NCBI GenBank assembly: GCA_044225935.1
Contig: JBGAHX010000020.1
Span: 2,632 to 66,631 of the forward strand
Length of the DNA: 64,000 nt
Source of the DNA: Gemmatimonadaceae bacterium
GTDB lineage: Bacteria; Gemmatimonadota; Gemmatimonadetes; Gemmatimonadales; Gemmatimonadaceae
Direction: 5' to 3'
Below the pieces are notes generated by a model. The model saw only the letters and a list, made by a program, of their open reading frames with translations, did not search any database and was not told where the DNA came from. This document shows positions 35,635 through 43,502 of the stretch, one piece after another. The position numbers were made by a program, and so were the translations under genes. Position 1 is the first letter of the stretch; each line of letters opens with the position of its first letter.

Positions 35635-36516
35635 ATGCGGATCACCAACAACATGGTCAGCCGAGCTTCGCTGGCAGGACTCCAGCGAGCGCTTCGGGGG
35701 GTGAACGATGCGCAGAACCGGGCGACGACCGGTCTGCAGGTCGAACGCGCCTCCGATGACCCGTCGGCCTCCAGCTCGATCATGGCGTCGGGCTCGACCC
35801 TGCGGGCGATCGACCAGTACAAGCGCAACATCAACTCGGCGCGTGCCCGCCTCGATCGTGAAGAGTCGATCATGGGTTCGGTATCGACGATGCTCGAGCG
35901 CGCAAAGGAGCTCGGCGTCTCGCAGGGGACCGGCACCGCCGACGCGCAGACGCGACTCACTGCCAAGGCCGAAGTCGACCAGCTGTTGCAGGCGGTCGTC
36001 CAACTCGGCAACACGTCGCACGAAGGGGAATTTCTCTTCGGCGGCGACCAGTCGAATGTTGCGCCATTCAACGGGACCACGGCTCCGTACTCCGCCGCTC
36101 CGCCGACCGGGACGCGTTATGCCGAGATCTCGTCCGCGCTCAGCATCCGCACGAACCACAACGGCACCGACGCCTTCCTCAACAGCGGCGTCCTCGCGTC
36201 GCTCGAGCAGCTCTCCCTCGCGCTCGGCGCGAACGACCAGACGGCGATCCAGGCATCGCTCTCGTCGCTCGATAGCGCGCACGCCAACGTGCAGGTCCTT
36301 ATCGGCGAGACCGGCGCCGCGTCGCAGCAGCTCGACGTCGCGACCTCCAATCTCGACGCGCTCGACACCTCGCTCCGCACCTTCAAGTCGTCGCTGCAGG
36401 ATGCCGACATCGAGAAGGCCGTGACCGAGCTGGTGGGGCGCCAGACCGCCTATCAATCCGCGATGCTTGCGACGTCCCGCGTGATGAGCCTCAACCTGGC
36501 AGACTACCTGCGATGA
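35635..36516 (+). CDS. flgL: Hook-associated protein 3 FlgL
   Basis: MRITNNMVSRASLAGLQRALRGVNDAQNRATTGLQVERASDDPSA... flagellin-family termini, 293 aa. The 5-prime part of track ORF 34219..36516 is antisense shadow. Confidence 0.85.
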   Translation: MRITNNMVSRASLAGLQRALRGVNDAQNRATTGLQVERASDDPSASSSIMASGSTLRAIDQYKRNINSARARLDREESIMGSVSTMLERAKELGVSQGTGTADAQTRLTAKAEVDQLLQAVVQLGNTSHEGEFLFGGDQSNVAPFNGTTAPYSAAPPTGTRYAEISSALSIRTNHNGTDAFLNSGVLASLEQLSLALGANDQTAIQASLSSLDSAHANVQVLIGETGAASQQLDVATSNLDALDTSLRTFKSSLQDADIEKAVTELVGRQTAYQSAMLATSRVMSLNLADYLR

Positions 36517-37010
36517 GCAACTCGGTGGCAACAGCTCCCGACGATCGCCTCTCCATCTCGTCCGACCTTCTCGGCGCCCTGGACGTCTCCTCGAGCGACA
36601 TCGTCCGCTTTCCCGGCGGACTGTACGGCTTTCCGGAGTGCCGCGGCTTCGTCCTCCTCCCGGCGGCGCGCGAAAGCTTCTTCTGGCTCCAGTCGAGCGA
36701 GTACAGCAGCCTCTCGTTCCTCCTCGTCGATCCGTTCGCCTGGTTCCCGGACTACCACATCGATCTCGACGACGTGGACCTGGTCCGGCTCGGCTCCAAC
36801 GATCCAAAGCACCTGCTCGTCCTCACGATCGTCACGATGCCGAGTGCACCTGGCGAGCCGTGCACGGCGAACCTGCACGCCCCGATCCTCTTCAACATGC
36901 GGGACCGGCACGCGCACCAGTCGATTCGCCCCGACGACGGCAACAGCATCCGCGAGCCGTTCTACCTCGACCAGCCCCCCGCCGAGTCGGCGGTGGCTGC
37001 CGCGCACTAG
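36513..37010 (+). CDS. fliW: Flagellar assembly factor FliW (CsrA antagonist)
   Basis: IVRFPGGLYGFPECRGFVLLP...FFWLQSSEYSSLSFLLVDPFAWFPDY...NLHAPILFN is FliW-like. Confidence 0.85.
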   Translation: MSNSVATAPDDRLSISSDLLGALDVSSSDIVRFPGGLYGFPECRGFVLLPAARESFFWLQSSEYSSLSFLLVDPFAWFPDYHIDLDDVDLVRLGSNDPKHLLVLTIVTMPSAPGEPCTANLHAPILFNMRDRHAHQSIRPDDGNSIREPFYLDQPPAESAVAAAH

Positions 37011-37250
37011 AGCGCATCGCACAACAGGTCGACGGCATCTGGGCGGCGATGGCGCGGCGCGGTCGACGACCGTTCGAGCGATGACCGCGAACGACGCGTC
37101 GCTCGTCACGCCTTCGCGACGCGGGGGCGCTGCGCCCTAACGACGTCGAGCGGCACTTCCTGCCGTGACCCGGCGTGTCGTGCCGGAAGCATTCTCCGGT
37201 GCGCGTCGCGGGGTGATCTGTAAGACAATGCCGTATAAGAGTTTACGGAG

Positions 37251-37266
37251 TGGCACGGTCGGTGCC
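37251..37266 (+). promoter_or_regulatory. Candidate sigma54 promoter upstream of the TPR-glycosyltransferase gene (also a palindrome)
   Basis: TGGCACGGTCGGTGCC: exact TGGCACG -24 element, GG-N10-GC spacing, GTGC at -12. 78 nt upstream of ATG 37344. GGCAC/GTGCC are also self-complementary, so a hairpin is an alternative reading. Confidence 0.4.
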
Positions 37267-37343
37267 TAGGCTCTGAGAGGATACGTGCGCCCGTTCGCCG
37301 GGCGACCGCCGGAAGACCTTCCGACCTCAGGATCTCGGGACCC

Positions 37344-39748
37344 ATGTCCGCAGTCATACGTCCGACCGACGCGGCGGCCCACGCCGATTTCGCGAACGCC
37401 GTCGCGTTCCACATCGCCGGCGACATCGCCGCCGCGCGACGCGAGTACGAGAAGGTGCTGACGCGGGATCCCGACCATGCCGAGGCCTGCAACAATCTCG
37501 CGTCGATCCTGGCGGGGCAGGGTGAGGAGGAGCGCGCGGAGCAGCTGCTCCTGCGCGCGGTGGGGACGTCGGCAACCTATGCCGAAGCGCACAACAACCT
37601 TGGACTCCTCTGGTCGGGGCGCGGCGAATTCGCACGCGCCCTCGCTGCCTTCGAACGCGCCGTGGCGCTCGATGGCTCGAAGGCCGGCTGGCACAGCAAC
37701 CTTGGAAATGCCTGCGTGGAGCTCTTCCGCTTCGCCGAGGCGATCGTCGCCTTCGATCGCGCGGTCGCGATCGACGATCGCGATGCCGACGTCTGGTCCA
37801 ATCGCGCCCTCGCCCTTCGTGGCCTGCAGCGCCAGGACGACGCCATCGAGTCGCTGCGACGCGCGCTCTCTCTCGCGCCCTCGCACGTCAACGCGTTGAG
37901 CAACCTCGGCATCATGCTCAAGGAGATCAAGCGCCTCGATGAAGCCGAGTCGCTCCTCGCGCGTGCGACGGCGATCGACCCCGCCAACCCAAAGCTCTGG
38001 TGCAACTACGCGGCGATCTTCGAGGCGCGCGGTCAGTACGGTCGCATGCGCGAACTCGCAGAGCACGCGTGCACACTCGACCCCACCTATCCCGAGGCAT
38101 GGAATCTCCTCGCCAACGGCGAGATGGAAGCGGGACGCTACGACTCGGCGATCGCGCTCTACGAAAAGGCGCGCGCGTTCGATCCCTACAACAGCAATGC
38201 CAACTGGAACCTCGCCCTCCTCTGGCTCCTGAAGGGAGACTTCGCGCGCGGGTGGCCCCAGTTCGAGTGGCGCAAGCGCCTGCAGTCGGCGGTCATCGAT
38301 CGCGGTGAGTACGCTGGCGCGGAGTGGGATGGGAGTCCGCTCGCCGGGCGCGACATCCTCCTGCATACCGAACAGGGTGTGGGTGACGCCTTCCAGTTCG
38401 TACGCTTCGCTCCGCAGCTCAAGGAGAACGGTGCACGACGCGTCTATCTCGAATGCCCGTATCCGATCGTCCCGCTCCTCACGGGAGTGCGTGGACTCGA
38501 CGCGGTCGTTGCGCGTGGCGTTGCACTCCCCGCATTCGATGTCCACGCCAACCTCATGAGCCTCCCCGGGCTTCTCGGCACGACGCTCGACTCGATTCCC
38601 GCCGAGGTGCCGTACATCCCGGTCGAGCCGCGAACGGTCAGCGCGCGCGTCGATTCTCCTCCCGGGACGCTCACCGTCGGCTTCGTGTGGGCCGGCAATC
38701 CGCTGCACGGTCGCGACTTCCTGCGCTCCGCTCCGATGGAGTCGTTCCGCGCGCTCGCTGCCATCGACGGTGTGAAGTTCTTCTCGTTGCAGAGAGGGGA
38801 TGCCGCCGAGCGCGAACTCGCGTCGCACCCGATCGACGGTGTCGTCGACCTCGCCAACGACCTGCGCGACTTCCGCGACACGGCTGCCGTGCTGCAGGCG
38901 CTCGACCTCGTGATCACCGTCGACACGTCGGTGGCCCACCTGGCCGGTGCGTTAGGCAGGCCCACCTGGCTCCTCCTCCCGCACGTCCCCGACTTCCGCT
39001 GGTTGCTCGATCGCACCGATTCGCCGTGGTATCCGACGATGCGCATCTTCCGCCAGCCCGAGCCGCGCGATTGGGAGAGCGTCTTCGACGCCGTCGCGAT
39101 CGCGTTGCGCGAGCGCGTTGCCGGCGACTCCGGATCGACGTCGCGCGCATCGTCCGTTCCTGCAGCTCCCGCGCCCGCCATCGCTGACGACACGGTGGTC
39201 ACGCTTTCATCGGCCGCGCGTGTCCCAGACGGGCGCCCGCGCTTCGACCTCTATACGTCGCTCGCATCGCTCGCCGATCCGCAGCGCTTCGCCGAGTACG
39301 AGGCGGAACTCGTCGGCGTCGGGCACGACATGCCGGTGCGCACCTTCCTCGACGAGTACCTGCGCGATGGCGATGTCCTCGTCGACCTCGCGCCCAATCT
39401 CGGGGTCGCGGTCCTGTCGGCGGCCACCGCGCCGAAACCTCCTGCGACGATCGTCATCGTCGAAGCGCGTGACGCCGAAGCGGATCGCCTGCAGTCGCTT
39501 GTCGCGCGCCGCGCCCCGCTGGTATCGGTCGTTCGCGCTGCCGACGCGCGTTCGGCTATGCGCGATCGCGACCGGGCTCCGGGCGCACGACTGGTCGTCC
39601 GCGCAGGGGACGGGAGCGACGTCGCGCGCGCATCGTCGATGCGATCGGGAGCACCGAGGGCGAGCGCCGTCCGGCCGTCGTGGCGTGGTCGAGCCTCGTG
39701 CCGGCCGACGCCAGCGGCCCGCTCACCTTCCTCGAGTCGTTAGGGTAA
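37344..39748 (+). CDS. TPR-repeat protein fused to a GT9/GT41-like glycosyltransferase domain plus an FkbM-like C-terminal region. The last ~40 codons appear to continue in another frame (apparent frameshift near 39623-39631).
   Basis: N-terminal TPRs (AEAHNNLG..., SNLGNA...). LHTEQGVGDAFQFVRFAPQLK, VGFVWAGNP, DLVITVDTSVAHLAGALGRPTWLLLP. The track ORF ends at 39743, but third-position GC favours the frame ending TAA 39746-39748. Confidence 0.7.
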
Positions 39749-41254
39749 GTGACCCTCGCCCTGAGCATCGCAGGCACCGAGGCGTCACTCGATGCCATCG
39801 ACGATCCGTCGAGAGCGCAGGCGTTGGTGAGTATCGCACACGCAGCGCTCGACGCGATGGAACAGGACGCGGAAGCTTCTGCTTCCGCCGCGACCGCTCC
39901 GGCCGCGCCGGCGCCGATTCAGGTATCGATCTCGATGCCCGGTGCGATCGTCTCCGCGCCTGCGCCTGCGCCTGCGCCCGTGCCGGCTCGTGCGTCGGCC
40001 GCCGATCGCGGCGCCATATCGATCTCGATCGGTGGAATGGAGCCGCTCCAGCAACAGGATGTGTCCGCGAGCGATGGTCTCGCGCTCGGCGAAATCGGCA
40101 TCGACTGGCAGCTGCGCGGCGATTCCGGGTGGGGCGTGTACGGGACCAACCTCGCTCTCGAGCTCGAGCGTTCGGGGACGCATCTCCCCACAATCTTCGC
40201 GGCCGATACGACCGACTTGTCGCCGGTGGCGCGTTTCCGCCTCGATCGCGCATTGCGCGCGGGTGCGGCGCGTGCAAACGCGCATGCGGGGAGGGCGACG
40301 CCGCTCCCCTTCGACGGGCTCATGCTTCGCGCTCTTGGCAACGACTTCGGGCACGGACCGTTGTGGGAGCAGGTTTCCGCCAGCCGCAACGCGGGCGTCA
40401 TCTTCTTCGAGGATTCTGCCTTCGACGACGCGGCGATGCAGCGCGCACGCGCGCTCGACCTCATCGTCGCCGGCTCGCACTGGAACGCCGAAGTGCTGCG
40501 TGGCGCGGGGCTCGATCACGTCGTCACAGTCCTGCAGGGGATCGATCCCACGATCTTCCACCCCGCGCCAGCCAGCGGGCACCTGGGCGAGCGCTTCGTC
40601 GTCTTCTCCGGCGGAAAGCTCGAGTATCGCAAGGGGCAGGATCTCGTCGTCGCCGCATTCCGTGCATTCCAGGCTCGGCATCCCGACGCGTTGCTCCTGA
40701 CGGCGTGGCACAACAACTGGCCGCAGCTGATCGCCGACCTCGATCTCGCCGGCCACGTGCACGGCGTTCCAACGGTTCGCGACGGTCACCTCGACGTCAC
40801 CTCCTGGCTCGTGTCGAACGGCATCCCGCAGGGCGCCATCCTCGACGTGAGGCGCACTCCGAATGCGATGATGGGACACGTCGTGCGCGAAGCGAATGTC
40901 GCCATCTTCCCCAACCGATGCGAAGGGGGGACGAACCTCGTCGCGATGGAGTGCATGGCCGCCGGCATCCCGACCATCGTCGCGAACAACTCGGGACAGC
41001 GCGACCTGGTGGCAACCGGGGGCGCGATTGCGCTCGAGCAGCAGCGCCCAGTTGCTCACCCCACCCGTCACTTCCGCAGCACCGAGGGGTGGGGCGAGAG
41101 CGACGTGGAGGAGATGGTCGAGGCACTCGAGCGCCTCTACACCGACCGCGCGCGCGCCAGGGAAATCGCCCGAAACGGCGCCGTCGCCCTGCGCGCCATG
41201 AGTTGGAAGAATCAGGTGGGCGAGCTCCTGAGGGTTCTCGCTCCATTGCTCTAG
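39749..41254 (+). CDS. Glycosyltransferase, GT4 (group 1) family, with an Ala/Pro-rich N-terminal region
   Basis: FSGGKLEYRKGQDLVVAAF..., FPNRCEGGTNLVAMECMAAGIPTIV (EX7E-type motif). Exact start uncertain. Confidence 0.7.
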   Translation: MTLALSIAGTEASLDAIDDPSRAQALVSIAHAALDAMEQDAEASASAATAPAAPAPIQVSISMPGAIVSAPAPAPAPVPARASAADRGAISISIGGMEPLQQQDVSASDGLALGEIGIDWQLRGDSGWGVYGTNLALELERSGTHLPTIFAADTTDLSPVARFRLDRALRAGAARANAHAGRATPLPFDGLMLRALGNDFGHGPLWEQVSASRNAGVIFFEDSAFDDAAMQRARALDLIVAGSHWNAEVLRGAGLDHVVTVLQGIDPTIFHPAPASGHLGERFVVFSGGKLEYRKGQDLVVAAFRAFQARHPDALLLTAWHNNWPQLIADLDLAGHVHGVPTVRDGHLDVTSWLVSNGIPQGAILDVRRTPNAMMGHVVREANVAIFPNRCEGGTNLVAMECMAAGIPTIVANNSGQRDLVATGGAIALEQQRPVAHPTRHFRSTEGWGESDVEEMVEALERLYTDRARAREIARNGAVALRAMSWKNQVGELLRVLAPLL

Positions 41255-41286
41255 TCTCCCGTCCCCCGTCTCCCGTCTCCCGTCCC
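41255..41286 (+). repeat. Heptamer array TCTCCCG TCCCCCG TCTCCCG TCTCCCG TCCC, ending 5 nt before the FkbM-methyltransferase ATG
   Basis: Fills the 37 nt spacer between the GT4 stop (41252-41254) and ATG 41292. Confidence 0.9.
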
Positions 41287-41291
41287 AGATC

Positions 41292-42116
41292 ATGCGCCAG
41301 GAAATCAGCATCAACCTCGCGTCACCCAGCGGTCCGCGTCAGCTCAAGCTCCTCCTCGATCCCGAGCAGATGAGCCAGCGCTTCATGCTGAACGACTTCG
41401 GCTCGGGAAAACTCTACGAGTCGGAAACATCGAACTTCATCGGCTCGATCCTTCGGCCGGGCGACACCTTCATCGACATCGGGGCGCACGTCGGCTATTT
41501 CACGATGCTCGCCTCGACCCTCGTGGGACCGACCGGCGCGGTTTACTGCTTCGAGCCCGAGCTCGGGAACTACGGCCACCTTCTCGAGCACATCGAGGTG
41601 AACGGTGCCACCAACGTCCGTCCGTTGCACATGGCGGTTGGAGCTGCGCCAGCGACGGCCGACTTCTTCGTCAATGCCGACAACGATGGCGGGCACGCGC
41701 TTTGGGAAGTGGGACGCCACCCGTTCAACGAGCGCACGCGCAATGCGCCGGTCTCGCGCAAGGTCTTCGTCACCTCGCTCGACCACATCTTCGAGAATCG
41801 CGACATGCGCACCCTCAAGGCGATCAAGATCGACGCCGAGGGGGCGGAGTTCGCGATCCTCGTTGGCGCGCGCGAGCTGCTTCGCCGTACTCGCATTCCA
41901 TTTATAGTCGCCGAGATCAACCGCTTCGGCCTCGAGTCGATGGGCGCGAGCGAGCGGCACGTGCGCGAGTTCATGAGTGATCTGGGTTACGAAACCTACC
42001 TCTTCCAACCCGGTCAATCGTTCCTTCAGCGCCTGCAGTCCGACGAGTCGCCGCAGACGGACTACGTCTTCAACATCCTGTTCCGTCACCCCGAGGCCCC
42101 GGCGATGGCCGCGTGA
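41292..42116 (+). CDS. FkbM-family methyltransferase
   Basis: GDTFIDIGAHVGYFTMLAS, CFEPE..., IKIDAEGAEFAILVGA are typical FkbM-family (SAM-dependent) motifs. Confidence 0.8.
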   Translation: MRQEISINLASPSGPRQLKLLLDPEQMSQRFMLNDFGSGKLYESETSNFIGSILRPGDTFIDIGAHVGYFTMLASTLVGPTGAVYCFEPELGNYGHLLEHIEVNGATNVRPLHMAVGAAPATADFFVNADNDGGHALWEVGRHPFNERTRNAPVSRKVFVTSLDHIFENRDMRTLKAIKIDAEGAEFAILVGARELLRRTRIPFIVAEINRFGLESMGASERHVREFMSDLGYETYLFQPGQSFLQRLQSDESPQTDYVFNILFRHPEAPAMAA

Positions 42117-42143
42117 CGGGAAAGGCGGATTGACAGGGGATTC

Positions 42144-42197
42144 GCCGGCGCGCAACGCGCGCCGGCACTCCCGTCCCCCGTCTCCCGTCTCCCGTCC
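42144..42197 (+). repeat. 10 bp-stem GC hairpin (42144-42166) followed by a heptamer array CTCCCGT CCCCCGT CTCCCGT CTCCCGT CC (42168-42197)
   Basis: GCCGGCGCGC-AAC-GCGCGCCGGC, then a direct copy of the array found at 41255-41286. Confidence 0.85.
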
Positions 42198-42218
42198 GAT
42201 CTTTTCTTTCAGACTTTC

Positions 42219-42246
42219 TAAAGTTCTGCTCGCATCCCTCCGATAC
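42219..42246 (+). promoter_or_regulatory. Candidate sigma28 promoter of the flagellin gene
   Basis: CTAAAGTT-N14-CCGATAC, about 80 nt upstream of the fliC ATG. Compare the consensus TAAA-N15-GCCGATAA. Confidence 0.65.
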
Positions 42247-42326
42247 GGGTCTTCGGAGGGACGGCACAAGGCCGACACCCCAGAGGGGAACGGATTCCCC
42301 TACTTCAAGACCAAGGAGCAGGACTC

Positions 42327-43421
42327 ATGCGTATCAACACGAACGTCAGCGCGCTGCGCGCGCAGGGCAACCTTACCCGCGTCAACGAGCAGATCTCCTC
42401 GTCGATGGCGAAGTTGTCCAGCGGTTTCCGCATCACGCGTGCGGCTGACGACTCGGCCGGTTTGGGTATCGCCAACGTCCTGCGCGCGGACATCCGCTCG
42501 CTCGGGCAGGCGGCGCGCAACTCGGAGCAGGCGAACTCGGTGTTGAACATCGCCGAAGGCGCGTCGGGCACGATCCAGAAGATGCTCGAGCGTATGAAGG
42601 AGCTCGCGTCGCAGGCGGCGTCGGACAACGTGGACTCGGCTGGTCGTAGCCGCATCACGACGGAGTATCAGGCGCTCCGGAACGAAATCGACCGCACCGT
42701 CTCCACGGTGAAGTTCCAGGGCAACACGCTGCTCAACGGCGCCTTCGGTGCCACGATCGACTCCGCGTCGACGGCTCTCGGCGCCTCGACGGGCGTGTAC
42801 AACGTCCGCCTCACTGGTGCGGGCACCGGCGCGCTCACGCTGTCGTCGGGCGGTAGCGTTGTCACCCTGACCAACGGTTCCACCTCGCAGACCCTCGGTG
42901 TCACCGCAGGCTCCAAGCAGACGCTCAACTTCACGTCGCTCGGCGTCACGATCGACACCAACCAGGCGGTCACCGCTTCCTCGATCGCCGGCAACATCAC
43001 GGTTGGCGCCAGCACTGGTACGTTCCTCGTTTCGTCGTCGGGCCAGTACAGCGGCAACGACCAGATCTCGATCTCCGGTTCTTCGCTCGACCTCCGCGCG
43101 TCGACGCTCACGGTGAACACCGACCCGACCACGCTGGCCAATGCGCAGTCCGCGCTCAGCGAAATCGACGTCGCCATCACCAACGTCAACGTCGCCCTCG
43201 GCGTGATCGGTTCGCTCCAGAGCCGTATCGACGTGGCGACGGAGAATGTCCGCACCACGATCCAGAACTTCAGCGCCGCCGAGTCCACGATCCGTGACCT
43301 CGACATGGCGAGCGAGATGACCACGTTCACCAAGAACCAGGTGCTCTCGCAGGCTGGTACCGCGATGCTGGCCCAGGCCAACTCGGCTGGACAGAGCATC
43401 CTCACCCTGCTCCGCGGCTAA
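42327..43421 (+). CDS. fliC: Flagellin
   Basis: MRINTNVSALRAQGNLTRVNEQISSSMAKLSSGFRITRAADDSAGLGIA ... LSQAGTAMLAQANSAGQSILTLLRG. AAGGAG Shine-Dalgarno 9 nt upstream. Confidence 0.95.
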   Translation: MRINTNVSALRAQGNLTRVNEQISSSMAKLSSGFRITRAADDSAGLGIANVLRADIRSLGQAARNSEQANSVLNIAEGASGTIQKMLERMKELASQAASDNVDSAGRSRITTEYQALRNEIDRTVSTVKFQGNTLLNGAFGATIDSASTALGASTGVYNVRLTGAGTGALTLSSGGSVVTLTNGSTSQTLGVTAGSKQTLNFTSLGVTIDTNQAVTASSIAGNITVGASTGTFLVSSSGQYSGNDQISISGSSLDLRASTLTVNTDPTTLANAQSALSEIDVAITNVNVALGVIGSLQSRIDVATENVRTTIQNFSAAESTIRDLDMASEMTTFTKNQVLSQAGTAMLAQANSAGQSILTLLRG

Positions 43422-43445
43422 TCCTCGTAGGCAGGCGACGAACGA

Positions 43446-43477
43446 GCCCGGGATCGGCGATTCGGCCGGTCCCGGGC
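43446..43477 (+). terminator. Hairpin between fliC and fliD (possible attenuating terminator)
   Basis: GCCCGGGA...TCCCGGGC, 8 bp outer stem with further inner pairing. Weak T tract. Confidence 0.4.
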
Positions 43478-43502
43478 ATTCGTCCAAGACGAGAGAGTTT
43501 CC

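Noticed and set aside
37266-38939. 557-aa minus-strand ORF
   Set aside because: Antisense to the TPR-glycosyltransferase gene. Arg/Glu/Val-rich with no motifs. The same applies to the other long antisense ORFs, e.g. 15909..17249, 19860..21212, 21345..22316, 22737..24023, 30477..32507, 39785..41314, 42300..43487, 44553..46232, 53378..54370, 56888..58606 and 61554..62780.
39738-39745. TTAGGG-containing copies as telomere-like repeats
   Set aside because: They are single dispersed copies of the CGTTAGG motif, not tandem. The resemblance to eukaryotic telomere units is coincidental.
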